Assembly (NCBI GenBank): GCA_963748215.1
Contig: CAVVHS010000006.1
Span: forward strand, 512,001 to 576,000
From: an uncultured Gammaproteobacteria bacterium
Lineage (GTDB): Bacteria; Pseudomonadota; Gammaproteobacteria; UBA9214
Direction of reading: 5' to 3'
DNA length: 64,000 nt
Part shown: positions 1 through 13,826 of the stretch, in pieces
Layout of the letters: each line of letters opens with the position of its first letter
Position numbering within the stretch: the stretch's first letter is position 1
Translations under genes and position numbers: made by a program
The notes under the pieces: generated by a model
The model's input: the letters and a program-made list of their open reading frames with translations, nothing else
Told to the model about the DNA's origin: nothing
The model's database searches: none

Positions 1-2215
<2,215 letters not shown>

Positions 2216-2351
2216 TGCTAACAGCAGGCTGGCTTTAAACGTGCAAGTCTAACATGGACGTTTTGGATAATTGCATTGATCCTTAACTGAAAACAGCTGT
2301 TATCGCGAACGACGGGAGCTACACCATCGCAGCGCCCCGTGATTCTCAAGA

Positions 2352-2399
2352 CCACAAAATATCGGGGTTCTCCATGTTTTCATACCCCATATCTAGTAA
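2352..2399. promoter_or_regulatory. Tandem NrdR-box-like sites
   Basis: CCACAAAATATCGGGG (2352-2367) and ACCCCATATCTAGTAA (2384-2399) resemble acaCwAtATaTwGtg, and their starts are 32 bp apart. Confidence 0.5.
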
Positions 2400-2474
2400 T
2401 ATAATCGTTCAGCAGTAAAGTTGCTGAATTATTTCCTAAAATCAGGGGCAGGTGTTGATCGGTAACGTCACGAC

Positions 2475-3296
2475 ATGAAACGCACATGTGCCATGCTGGC
2501 TCTGGTATGTGCCCTGCTCGGGCCGGGAGAAGTGCGTGCCGCGTCGGACGACATGTTCGGCATGATGTTCCGCATGATGCTGACCATGATGAATGTCATG
2601 TCCGATGCCATGCTGGGTAATAACGTCGGCGTGGGAAACAACAACTGGTCTGACAATCTTGGCGGCGGGCTGAACTCGTTCAACGTCGGCATGAACGCCT
2701 TTCCGATGATGTCTGGCTTCGCTTCGCCGTTCGATACCTTTGGCATGTCACCCTGGTCCGGGATGTCGGGCATGTCACCCTGGTCCGGGATGTCGGGCAT
2801 GTCACCCTGGTCCGGGATGTCAGGCATGTCACCCTGGTCCGGGATGTCGCCCCGGTCGATGCCAGGGGGCAACAACGCCTGGCGCAACCCGTTTGGCAGT
2901 GGCTATCCGGGGATGTTTCCGGGTAGTAGCACGCGGCCGTTCGGTAACACCACCTATGGCTACCCGTCGAACCAGGGCGCCTACGCTCCGGGTACCTGGA
3001 ATCGCAGCGGCAGTCCCTACCAGGGCGCATCGATTCTCGACGGGCGCTGGTACGGCAGCAGCGGAGAAGTCCTCCAGATCCGCGGTAACCGCTTTCGCCT
3101 GCAGCAGGGCAAGGTCGGGATCAATGGCAACATCACAGTGCAGAACGACATTGTCAGCATGTACAGCCCGCAGACCAATTCCGTGACACGTTACACCTTC
3201 ATGCGCAACCAGTCGGGACTGGTGCTGCAGGACGCCTCCGGTACGTTGCTGCGCTTCACCAACAAGCCGGTCAACGGCATTGTGCATATATTCTGA
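2475..3296 (+). CDS. Exported Met/Gly/Ser/Pro-rich low-complexity protein with a C-terminal beta-rich domain (sulfur-globule-protein-like composition)
   Basis: Signal peptide (MKRTCAMLALVCALLGPGEVRA), Met-rich helix, 4x GMSPWSGMS, YP/GY-rich linker, then LDGRWYGSSGEVL domain. Confidence 0.75.
   Translation: MKRTCAMLALVCALLGPGEVRAASDDMFGMMFRMMLTMMNVMSDAMLGNNVGVGNNNWSDNLGGGLNSFNVGMNAFPMMSGFASPFDTFGMSPWSGMSGMSPWSGMSGMSPWSGMSGMSPWSGMSPRSMPGGNNAWRNPFGSGYPGMFPGSSTRPFGNTTYGYPSNQGAYAPGTWNRSGSPYQGASILDGRWYGSSGEVLQIRGNRFRLQQGKVGINGNITVQNDIVSMYSPQTNSVTRYTFMRNQSGLVLQDASGTLLRFTNKPVNGIVHIF
2742..2849 (+). repeat. In-frame 27-bp tandem repeat x4
   Basis: Unit GGCATGTCACCCTGGTCCGGGATGTCG starts at 2742, 2769, 2796 and 2823 (one substitution in copy 3). 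Confidence 0.95.
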
Positions 3297-3425
3297 TTTA
3301 CCAGGAAAAATAATTCGCCACAGAGGGCACAGAGTTTACAATTCCTCGAGAGAATTTTATCTATGTTTGCTCTGCTCTCAAGCCCTGCAACTGTGGGAAT
3401 GAATTAAGGAAGCTTTGATTAATCC

Positions 3426-3620
3426 GACATTCCGGGCGAACCCCGGACTTGATCCGGGGGGAGACCCGGAATCCAGGAGTTACAATTCAGGCCGTTACTG
3501 GATTCCGGCCTCGGAATTTGCTTCCTGCGTCGCTCTACCTCCTCGGTAACTGCTCCATGCGTTACTCTACCTCCTACATCCATGTAGTCGTGCATCCATG
3601 CAGTCGTCCGCCGGAATGAC
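3426..3620. repeat. REP/dRS3-like palindrome pair (ATTCCGG...CCGGAAT) carrying insertions
   Basis: GACATTCCGGGCG..CCCCGGACTTGATCCGGGG..CCCGGAATCCAG and CTGGATTCCGGCCT[insert]CCGCCGGAATGAC. Confidence 0.7.
3512..3607 (+). mobile_element. 48-bp miniature element (3512-3543 + 3592-3607) interrupted by a second copy of itself (3544-3591)
   Basis: Outer CGGAATTTGCTTCCTGCGTCGCTCTACCTCCT|GCATCCATGCAGTCGT; inner CGGTAACTGCTCCATGCGTTACTCTACCTCCTACATCCATGTAGTCGT. Confidence 0.75.
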
Positions 3621-3692
3621 GATCATTGAATTAATCAGAGCTTCCTTGATTACCTCTGTGTGCTCTGTGGCGTTTTGACCGGCCTGAAGTCG

Positions 3693-3724
3693 CGCAGGAT
3701 GCGGTGAGCCTGCGAACCGCATCG
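3693..3724 (+). repeat. GTAG-family REP-like palindrome
   Basis: GCAGGATGCGGTGAGCCTGCGAACCGCATCG; GATGCGGT pairs with ACCGCATC. Confidence 0.55.
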
Positions 3725-3781
3725 TTCAATTTCAGATGATTTTCTCAGTGTTCTCTGTGGTGAAGCTGAACGGCTTGATGT

Positions 3782-5092
<1,311 letters not shown>

Positions 5093-5178
5093 TCAGGGGC
5101 AGGATTGTAATGCAGGAGCCGGCAGACTGGCGAATGCCCCCTCCCTTCGGCAGTCGCGACCGGCCTCGCGCGCGTGGT

Positions 5179-5484
5179 TTAGGCCTGCAGCGTGGCTGGC
5201 CAGCTGACGATGTGACCCGGCTCGAAATCCCTGCCGATGTGCGCCAGGATATTTCTGACCCGCTGCGGTTCGTCAAAGAATTCAACCACCAATGGCAGAT
5301 CCAGTGACATGTCCAGCAGGCTGGATGAATGCAGCTTGCCGGACCGGCCGAAGCCGCTGATGCCGCGGAACACGGTCACGCCTCTGACCTTTTCCTCATC
5401 GTGCAGGCGGTTGAGCAGGCCTGCCAGGCGGCCCTCGCCTTCGGTCAGGTAGACGCGGACAAAGATAACCTCGAGTTCGTTCAT
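5179..5484 (-). CDS. DUF190 (PII-like) protein associated with CrcB
   Basis: GVTVFRGISGFGRSG...SLDLPLVVEFFD; 4-bp overlap with the crcB stop; start taken at MNELEV. Confidence 0.85.
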   Translation of the reverse strand: MNELEVIFVRVYLTEGEGRLAGLLNRLHDEEKVRGVTVFRGISGFGRSGKLHSSSLLDMSLDLPLVVEFFDEPQRVRNILAHIGRDFEPGHIVSWPATLQA

Positions 5485-5855
5485 AACTGCCTCGCAGCGA
5501 ATACGCCGAGTCCGGCGGCGAAGATACACACAATCACGCTGACCAGGACATTGGCCAGCGCCCTGCTCATCTGCCCGGATTCCAGCAGGTTCAGTGTTTC
5601 GATGGAAAAGGTCGAGAAGGTGGTGAACGCACCGAGCACACCGATCAACAGGAAGGCGCGCAGAGCGGGACCTGCGGCCATGCGCTCGATGAGCCAGATA
5701 TACAAAAAGCCCATCAGCAGACTGCCGATCACGTTGACCGTCAGCGTGCCGAAAGGAAAAGCCGCGCCGAGCCGGCCGTGCACAGCCACCGAGGTCCAGT
5801 AGCGCAGCAGTGCGCCGATGGCACCGCCGGCGGCGATAGCAAGGAGCTGGTTCAT
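5481..5855 (-). CDS. crcB: Fluoride efflux channel CrcB/FluC
   Basis: GGAIGALLRY, FPFGTLTVNVIGS, GVLGAFTTFSTFS. Confidence 0.97.
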   Translation of the reverse strand: MNQLLAIAAGGAIGALLRYWTSVAVHGRLGAAFPFGTLTVNVIGSLLMGFLYIWLIERMAAGPALRAFLLIGVLGAFTTFSTFSIETLNLLESGQMSRALANVLVSVIVCIFAAGLGVFAARQL

Positions 5856-6090
5856 TTCCGCGCGGATGTGCTCATGCGGCTATGTTACATCCGATAAACC
5901 CTGCAGGCACGTATGATTTTCCCCGCAGGCAGACCTGTCAGGCACGCTTGAGGATGATCACGGATGCAGTCAGCTTACAAGCAACACACGCAGAAAATAT
6001 TCTCTGTGTCCCCGTTGATCTCTGTGGCGATGCACATTGCGTCTTGGTATGAGATTTCTGAAAGATCGCGGGCGCGTTCTGCTCCCGCAA

Positions 6091-7410
6091 TCATTTTTTT
6101 GAATGTTTGCGGTCCAGCTCGCGCAAATGCGCCAGCTTCTCGGCAATCTTTATTTCCAGGCCGCGCGGCACCGGCCGGTAGTAGTGCGGTGTTCCCATGC
6201 CGTCCGGGAAATAGGTCTCGCCGGCCGCGTAGGCCTCGGGTTCATCGTGTGCGTAGCGGTACTCACGGCCGTAGCCGAGTTCTTTCATGAGCCGGGTCGG
6301 TGCATTGCGCAGGTGCACCGGCACTTCCAGCGAACCGGTCTTGCCGATCTCGCTGCGCGCCGCGTTATACGCCATATATGCGGCGTTGCTCTTGGCCGCG
6401 CAGGCCAGGTAGAGCACGGCCTGCGCCAGCGCCAGCTCGCCTTCCGGGCTGCCGAGGCGTTCCTGGACGTCCCAGGCATTCATGCAGAGTTGCAAGGCGC
6501 GCGGGTCGGCATTGCCGATGTCCTCCGAGGCCATGCGCACGATGCGCCGCGCGAGGTAGAGTGGATCGCAACCGCCATCCAGCATGCGCACCAGCCAGTA
6601 CAGCGCGGCATCGGGACTGGAGCCGCGCACCGATTTGTGCAGCGCGGAAATCTGGTCGTAGAAATCGTCGCCGCCCTTGTCGAAGCGCCGGGTGCCGCCG
6701 CTGATGACCTCGTTGAACACGGTCTCGGATATGACGGCCTTGCCGTCCGCCTCCTCGGCGAGATCGGCGGCTATTTCCAGCAGGTTCAGTGCGCGGCGCG
6801 CGTCGCCGTCCGCGGCCACGGCCAGCCGGTCGAGCCAGTCATCGGCAATGGCCAGCCGGCGAGCGCCCAGTCCGTAGTCGGGATCGGCCAGTGCGGCATC
6901 GATGATGGCACGCAGTGCCTCGGGCTCCAGCCGCTTCAGCACGTAGGTGCGCACGCGTGACAGCAGGGCGCTGTTCAGTTCGAATGACGGGTTTTCGGTG
7001 GTGGCACCGATGAAGATTAGCGTGCCGTCCTCCACATAGGGCAGGAAGGCGTCCTGCTGCGACTTGTTGAAGCGGTGCGCCTCGTCGACGAACAGGATGG
7101 TCGGACGCCCTTCCAGGTCGCGTACCTGCTGCGCGGTGGCGACCGCGGCACGGATTTCCCTGACCCCGGCCAGTACCGCCGACAGGGTGAGGAATTCCGC
7201 GTTGGTCTGTTCGGCCAGCAGCCGTGCCAGCGTGGTCTTGCCGGTGCCCGGCGGGCCCCACAGCACCATGGAATGCAGGTTGCCCTCCTCGATGGCGCGG
7301 CGCAGCGGCTTGCCTTCGCCGAGGATATGCGGTTGCCCGGTAAAGGCTGCCAGGGTGTGCGGACGCATGCGGTCGGCCAGCGGCCGGTAGGGTTCGGCGT
7401 GGCGCGTCAT
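6091..7410 (-). CDS. rarA: Replication-associated recombination protein A
   Basis: PLADRMRP, GPPGTGKTT, FVDEAHRFNKSQQD, ISALHKSVRGS. Confidence 0.98.
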   Translation of the reverse strand: MTRHAEPYRPLADRMRPHTLAAFTGQPHILGEGKPLRRAIEEGNLHSMVLWGPPGTGKTTLARLLAEQTNAEFLTLSAVLAGVREIRAAVATAQQVRDLEGRPTILFVDEAHRFNKSQQDAFLPYVEDGTLIFIGATTENPSFELNSALLSRVRTYVLKRLEPEALRAIIDAALADPDYGLGARRLAIADDWLDRLAVAADGDARRALNLLEIAADLAEEADGKAVISETVFNEVISGGTRRFDKGGDDFYDQISALHKSVRGSSPDAALYWLVRMLDGGCDPLYLARRIVRMASEDIGNADPRALQLCMNAWDVQERLGSPEGELALAQAVLYLACAAKSNAAYMAYNAARSEIGKTGSLEVPVHLRNAPTRLMKELGYGREYRYAHDEPEAYAAGETYFPDGMGTPHYYRPVPRGLEIKIAEKLAHLRELDRKHSKK

Positions 7411-7421
7411 GAAGTCACGCG

Positions 7422-8039
7422 TCAGTCAGCGTCTCCGATGACATCGGCCCCTGGCGGCGGCACGAAGCGGAAGATGTCCTGCCCGACAGGTGAATTGCGT
7501 ACTACGTTGGAAAAGCTGAAGGTCGTGGTGTTGCCGAAGGTGTCATGCGCCTCGATACGGGTCAGCAGCCCGTCGGCAAAGGCGAGCGTAAGCGAGGTGA
7601 TATTGCTGTCATCGGTGCGCGGGGTCAGCTGCACCTCGTTGGCCGCCAGTTCCTCGAAGGTGAATACCTGTTCCAGCGGTTTCGTGCCACTCAGCAGCAT
7701 CGCCGGGGTTGCGGTCAATACCTCGCTGGCGGACTGCACGGTGACCTGTTCCAGGTCTTCGTCGTAGGACCACACCCGCGTGCCGTCGGCGACCAGTTGC
7801 TGCTTGTAGGGCGTCAGGTAATCCCAGCGAAAGCGTCCGGGGCGCATGATCCACATGTGTCCCTGCGATGATTGCACGGATTGCCGGTTGGCATCGACGA
7901 CCTGCTGGTCAAAGTCCGCCTGCAGTGTGGCCAGGTCGTTGAAGAAACGATCGACGTAGGCCGGTGCGGGGCCGGACAGAACGGGGGTTGCAACGATAAA
8001 CAGGCCGGCGCACAGGGCCCTGAGCAGGTGGATGAACAT
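7422..8039 (-). CDS. lolA: Outer-membrane lipoprotein chaperone
   Basis: Signal peptide, RPGRFRWDY, YDEDLEQVT, FRFVPPPGADVI; ftsK-lolA-rarA synteny. Confidence 0.95.
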   Translation of the reverse strand: MFIHLLRALCAGLFIVATPVLSGPAPAYVDRFFNDLATLQADFDQQVVDANRQSVQSSQGHMWIMRPGRFRWDYLTPYKQQLVADGTRVWSYDEDLEQVTVQSASEVLTATPAMLLSGTKPLEQVFTFEELAANEVQLTPRTDDSNITSLTLAFADGLLTRIEAHDTFGNTTTFSFSNVVRNSPVGQDIFRFVPPPGADVIGDAD

Positions 8040-8042
8040 AAC

Positions 8043-10352
8043 TCACTCGGGTGCTGGCGGCGCCAGCACCTCGCGGCTGCCATTGGTTTCCATGGGGCCT
8101 ACGACACCGGTATCTTCCATATGTTCAATCATGCGCGCGGCACGGTTGTAGCCGATCTTGAGGCGGCGCTGCACGCCGGAAATGGACGCCTTGCGGGTCT
8201 GGGTCACGATCATCACCGCCTGGTCGTAGAGCGGGTCCGACTCGGTGTCGTCGCCGGTGCCGCCACCGTTGGCCGGCGACAGGCCGGGCACCGGCTCGCT
8301 GGACATCTCCAGGATCTCGCTCATGTAGTCCGGTTCCGAGCGGCCCTTGAGGTGCGCCGTGACCTTGTGCACCTCCTGGTCGGAGACAAAGGCGCCGTGC
8401 ACACGAACCGGTACGCTGGTGCCGGGTGCGACGTAGAGCATGTCACCGTGACCGAGCAACTGCTCCGCACCCATCTGGTCGAGAATGGTGCGCGAATCGA
8501 TCTTGGACGACACCTGGAAGGCGATGCGGGTCGGTATATTGGCCTTGATCAGGCCGGTAATGACATCCACCGAGGGCCGCTGCGTGGCGAGGATCAGGTG
8601 CACCCCGGCGGCACGCGCCTTCTGTGCGAGCCGGGCGATCAGCTCCTCGACCTTCTTGCCCACCACCATCATCATGTCGGCGAGCTCGTCGATGACGATC
8701 ACGATGTACGGCAGTACCTCCAGCGTCGGGTGTTCGGTGCCTTCCAGCGCCTCTTCCGGGTTGAACAGCGGGTCCTGAATCGGCTCGCCGGCCTCGATGG
8801 CCTCCCTCACCTTGCGGTTGTAACTGGCGATATTGCGTACACCCATTGCCGCCATCAGGCGGTAACGGCGCTCCATTTCCCCGACACACCAGCGCAGGGC
8901 GTTGGCGGCCTCGCTCATGTCGGTGACCACCGGCGTGAGCAGATGCGGAATGCCCTCGTACACGGAGAGTTCGAGCATCTTCGGATCGATCATGATCAGC
9001 CGTACGTCTTTCGGCAGTGTCTTGTACAGCAGGCTCAGGATCATGGCGTTGATGCCGACCGACTTGCCGGAACCGGTGGTACCGGCCACCAGCAGGTGCG
9101 GCATCTTGGCGAGATCGACCACCAGCGGCACGCCGCTGATGTCCTTGCCCAGCGCCAGCGTCAGCGGTGAGGACGACTGGTCGTACTCGCGCGTGTTGAG
9201 GATCTCGCCCAGGCTGATGATGGCGCGGTGCTCGTTGGGGATTTCCAGGCCGATCACGGATTTGCCCGGGATCACCTCGACCACCCGCACGCTGATCGCC
9301 GACAGCGCGCGTGCGATGTCCTTGGCGAGGTTGCTGATCTGGCTGACCTTGACGCCCGGACCGAGATCCAGCTCGAAGCGCGTGATGACCGGGCCGGGAT
9401 TGACCGCGACCACCTCGACCTCGATGTTGAAGTCGAGCAGCTTCATCTCCACCAGCCGCGACATGGCCTCCAGCGCGGCTTCCGAATAGCCGGCCTGTGA
9501 CTCGCGCGGATCGTCGAGCAGCGACAGCGGCGGCAGCTCGCTGTCGGCCGGCGGGTCGAACAGCGGCACCTGGCGTTCGCGTTCCTTGCGGTCGCTGGTG
9601 GCCGGTTTGGTGATGACCGGTTCGATGCGCACCGGCTTACGGTCGGCAAATTTTTTCTGCACGCTCTCGATGACTTCCTTGCGTTCGTTGCGCGCACGCC
9701 GTGCCGCCAGTTGCTCCGGAATCATCGCGCCGTAGTCATAGAGGTAATCCGCTGCGGTCAGCGTGTGCCTGCCGATAAAGTCCATCACCGACAACCAGGA
9801 AATGCCGGTGAACAGGGTGACGCCGGTGAGGAACAGCGCCAGCAGGAACAGCGTGGCACCGACGGGGCTGACCACGTCGACCAGCCCGCTGGCAATCACC
9901 TTGCCGAGCACACCGCCGGAACCGGCCGGCAGCGCGCCGTCGGCTCCGCCCGATTCCAGGGATGCGAGGCCGCAGCCGGCGCCGACCGTCAGGAGGAACC
10001 CGGCCCAGCGCACCGCCAGCACGTGCAGATCGATACCGCCGGTCGGGGTATGGCCGCGGTACACCAGCCAGCCGCTGTAGCCGATCATGACGGGGAACAG
10101 GTAGGCCATGAAGCCCAGCAGGTAGAGCAGAACGTCAGCGAGCCAGGCGCCGATCAGGCCGCCGGCATTGTTGATCTGCGCTACCGCGCCGCTGTTCGAC
10201 CAGCCGGGGTCGGCCGGGTGATAGCTCAGCAGCGATACCAGCAGGAATATGGCGAGCGCGCCGAGGATCAGCAATGCGCCCTCGCGCAGGCCGTGGGTCA
10301 CCTGGTGGGTGAGCCTGGTCGATGTTGTGGTTTTACGCCGTGCCTGGGCCAA
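8043..10352 (-). CDS. ftsK: DNA translocase FtsK
   Basis: N-terminal TM domain, [26 protein letters not shown], gamma domain [14 protein letters not shown]. Confidence 0.98.
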   Translation of the reverse strand: MAQARRKTTTSTRLTHQVTHGLREGALLILGALAIFLLVSLLSYHPADPGWSNSGAVAQINNAGGLIGAWLADVLLYLLGFMAYLFPVMIGYSGWLVYRGHTPTGGIDLHVLAVRWAGFLLTVGAGCGLASLESGGADGALPAGSGGVLGKVIASGLVDVVSPVGATLFLLALFLTGVTLFTGISWLSVMDFIGRHTLTAADYLYDYGAMIPEQLAARRARNERKEVIESVQKKFADRKPVRIEPVITKPATSDRKERERQVPLFDPPADSELPPLSLLDDPRESQAGYSEAALEAMSRLVEMKLLDFNIEVEVVAVNPGPVITRFELDLGPGVKVSQISNLAKDIARALSAISVRVVEVIPGKSVIGLEIPNEHRAIISLGEILNTREYDQSSSPLTLALGKDISGVPLVVDLAKMPHLLVAGTTGSGKSVGINAMILSLLYKTLPKDVRLIMIDPKMLELSVYEGIPHLLTPVVTDMSEAANALRWCVGEMERRYRLMAAMGVRNIASYNRKVREAIEAGEPIQDPLFNPEEALEGTEHPTLEVLPYIVIVIDELADMMMVVGKKVEELIARLAQKARAAGVHLILATQRPSVDVITGLIKANIPTRIAFQVSSKIDSRTILDQMGAEQLLGHGDMLYVAPGTSVPVRVHGAFVSDQEVHKVTAHLKGRSEPDYMSEILEMSSEPVPGLSPANGGGTGDDTESDPLYDQAVMIVTQTRKASISGVQRRLKIGYNRAARMIEHMEDTGVVGPMETNGSREVLAPPAPE

Positions 10353-10416
10353 AATAATCCTCTTTCACAGGTTGTCTCGCCAATCGCAGGATTCTATTTG
10401 TTTTTTTACCCATGAA

Positions 10417-11481
10417 TCAAGTGTTGTCGCACAAGGCCGGATGTATGACCTCGCCGGCCCGGACATTAATGCCCCGTCGCAGCTCGCTGATGTCTTCCCA
10501 ATTCGCCTGCGCCAGCTGCAGCACATAGGGCAGCAAGACGACGGAGATGGCATGACTGGAGCTGTGCGGCACCGCCCCGGGCATGTTGGTGACGCAGAAA
10601 TGCACCACACCCTCATCGACATAGGTCGGATCCGCATAATTCGTCGCCCGCGTGGTCTCGATACAGCCGCCCTGGTCTACCGAAATATCGACGATGACGC
10701 TGCCCGGTTCCATGCTGGCCACCATGTCGCGGCTGACGATATGCGGCGCACGGCTGCCGGTACGCAATACCGCCCCGATCAGCAGGTCGGCACCCGCCAC
10801 GTGCGTGCGCAGGCGTTCCGGATACGGGTACAGGCCGGTGACATTGTTGCCGAGCGCGCGCATCTCGGCAAGCCGCTCGCGCCGCAGGTCGAACACCGTG
10901 ACCTCGGCCCCGATGGCGGCGGCCATGGCCGCGGCATTGCCGCCGGCGTGGCCGGCGCCGATCACCACCACGCGGCCGCGCTCCACGCCCGGCAGTCCGC
11001 CCAGCAGCAGTCCCTTGCCACCCTGCGGCTGGTGCAGCAGGTGCGTGCCGACCTGGGTCGCGAGGCGGCCGGCGATATCGCTCATCGGCGCCAGCAGCGG
11101 CAGCTCACCACTATCCGTTTCCACGGTCTCGAAGGCAAGCGCGGTCAGGCCGATGTCCAGCAGCCTGCGGGTCAGTTCGGGGGCGGGCGCGAGATGCAGG
11201 AAACAGAACAGCAGGTGATCCTCGCGCAGGTAGGCCAGGTCGCCGTCGATAGGCTCCTTGACCTTGACCACCAGTTGCGCCGCGCCGTAGGTCTGCGCGG
11301 CATCACTGCAGAGCTTCACCCCGGCGGCATGGTACAAGTCGTCGCCGAAGCCCGACAGGCGGCCCGCACCCTGCTCGATGAAGACCTCGTGCCCCGCGTG
11401 AACCAGTGCGGCGCAGGCATCGGGGCTCAGCGCGACCCGGCCTTCCAGTGGCTTGATCTCTTTCGGTATGCCGATCTTCAC
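10417..11481 (-). CDS. ald: Alanine dehydrogenase
   Basis: MKIGIPKEIK, LLAPMSDIAGR, VDISVDQGGCIET, NMPGAVP. Confidence 0.95.
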   Translation of the reverse strand: MKIGIPKEIKPLEGRVALSPDACAALVHAGHEVFIEQGAGRLSGFGDDLYHAAGVKLCSDAAQTYGAAQLVVKVKEPIDGDLAYLREDHLLFCFLHLAPAPELTRRLLDIGLTALAFETVETDSGELPLLAPMSDIAGRLATQVGTHLLHQPQGGKGLLLGGLPGVERGRVVVIGAGHAGGNAAAMAAAIGAEVTVFDLRRERLAEMRALGNNVTGLYPYPERLRTHVAGADLLIGAVLRTGSRAPHIVSRDMVASMEPGSVIVDISVDQGGCIETTRATNYADPTYVDEGVVHFCVTNMPGAVPHSSSHAISVVLLPYVLQLAQANWEDISELRRGINVRAGEVIHPALCDNT

Positions 11482-11586
11482 ACTTGCTTTACCCTGTTCA
11501 CCAAGTTACGTAACATTCATCAGGCTGTTTGTACTGCCCGGTTGCCGGCGCCTGCCGGAACCCATCGTACCCGAGCCTGTCGATAG

Positions 11587-12618
<1,032 letters not shown>

Positions 12619-12659
12619 CACGGACGCGGCTGCCGCTGCCATCCTGCACGGCTTAAGCG

Positions 12660-13814
12660 ATGCGCACGGCTATCCTGGACTGTATCGATAGCGTTACAGC
12701 CGCGGAATGGAACCGGGTCTCGGGTACTGCACACCCCTTTCTCCGGCATGAATTCCTCGCCGCGCTGGAGCGACACGACTGTGTCGGTGATCGCTATGGC
12801 TGGCTGCCGCGCCATATCGTGGCAATCGACGAGGACGGGCGACTGTGCGGCGTGGTGCCGCTGTACCTGAAGTATAATTCCTACGGTGAATTCGTGTTCG
12901 ACTGGGCCTGGGCGGATGCGTTTCAGCGTGCCGGGCTCCCCTACTACCCGAAACTGGTGTCCTCTATCCCCTATACACCGGTCACCGGGGCGCGCCTCCT
13001 GGTGGCGCCGGATGCGGATCATGCCACCGTGGCACAGGCGCTGCTGGATGCCGCGCTGTCGCTCACCGAGGCAGCCGGGGCGTCGTCACTGCACTGGCTG
13101 TTCACCAGCGATGCGGATACGGACTGGCTGGCCGAACGCGGGCTACTGCGCCGTACCGGCTGTCACTTCCACTGGAAAAACGACAATTACAGTTCGTTCG
13201 ATGACTTCCTGGCACGGCTGAGCTCGCGCAAGCGCAAGAAGATCCGCCGCGAACGACGTTACGTCGCGGAAGCCGGTATCCGCATGCAGATCCTCCACGG
13301 CGACACAGCGACACATGATAAGTGGCGCGCCATGCACGACTTCTATCGCTCGACGTTCGAAAAAAAGTCCGGTATCCCTACCCTTTCGCTGGCTTTCTTC
13401 GAGGAAATCAGCCGTACCATGGGCGACCAGGTCGTGCTGGTGTTCGCGCTGCTCGATGAGCGTCCGGTCGCCGGCGCCATCATGTTGCGTGGCGCCACGG
13501 CCCTGTATGGCCGCCACTGGGGATGCCTGGGGGACTACCACAGCCTGCATTTCGAGGCCTGCTACTATCAGGGTATTGAATATGCCATCAACCACGGGCT
13601 TGCGCTTTTCGAGCCCGGCGCCCAGGGCGAGCACAAGATCAGCCGCGGTTTCCTGCCCACCTATACCTGGTCGGTACACTGGATCAGGGATACGCAATTC
13701 CGGGCGGCGATTGCACATTACCTGGAACAGGAACATGCACTGATGGTCGACTATCACGACGATTTGCAGCGCACCTCGCCGTTCCGCCATGATGAAGAGG
13801 AACACACCGGATAA
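12660..13814 (+). CDS. FemAB-like GNAT protein (DUF482 family)
   Basis: SYGEFVFDWAWADA, LYGRHWG, LHFEACYYQGIE, FEPGAQGEHKISRGF. Confidence 0.9.
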   Translation: MRTAILDCIDSVTAAEWNRVSGTAHPFLRHEFLAALERHDCVGDRYGWLPRHIVAIDEDGRLCGVVPLYLKYNSYGEFVFDWAWADAFQRAGLPYYPKLVSSIPYTPVTGARLLVAPDADHATVAQALLDAALSLTEAAGASSLHWLFTSDADTDWLAERGLLRRTGCHFHWKNDNYSSFDDFLARLSSRKRKKIRRERRYVAEAGIRMQILHGDTATHDKWRAMHDFYRSTFEKKSGIPTLSLAFFEEISRTMGDQVVLVFALLDERPVAGAIMLRGATALYGRHWGCLGDYHSLHFEACYYQGIEYAINHGLALFEPGAQGEHKISRGFLPTYTWSVHWIRDTQFRAAIAHYLEQEHALMVDYHDDLQRTSPFRHDEEEHTG

Positions 13815-13826
13815 GGCATTGCAGGC

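Larger units (their letters stand above)
3406..3647. mobile_element. MITE with IS5-like terminal inverted repeats
   Basis: AAGGAAGCTTTGATTAAT (3406-3423) and ATTAATCAGAGCTTCCTT (3630-3647) form a 17/18 inverted match. The GGAAG ends are flanked by TTAA/TTGA. No transposase ORF. Confidence 0.7.
3316..3672. repeat. Inverted CACAGAG-type repeat pair enclosing nested elements
   Basis: CGCCACAGAGGGCACAGAG (3316-3334) matches the reverse complement of CTCTGTGTGCTCTGTGGCG (3654-3672) at 17/19. Related half-sites occur at about 3744-3763 and 6002-6029. Confidence 0.75.

Noticed and set aside
2216-2474. SAM or cobalamin riboswitch upstream of metH
   Set aside because: No B12-box or SAM-aptamer core was recognisable.
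2742-2849. 27-bp repeats as a CRISPR array
   Set aside because: The copies are contiguous with no spacers, lie in frame within a CDS, and no cas genes are present.
5856-6090. Fluoride riboswitch upstream of crcB
   Set aside because: I could not find the GGCGATGG...CGCC / TGA..CCT pattern on the minus strand; cmscan would settle it.
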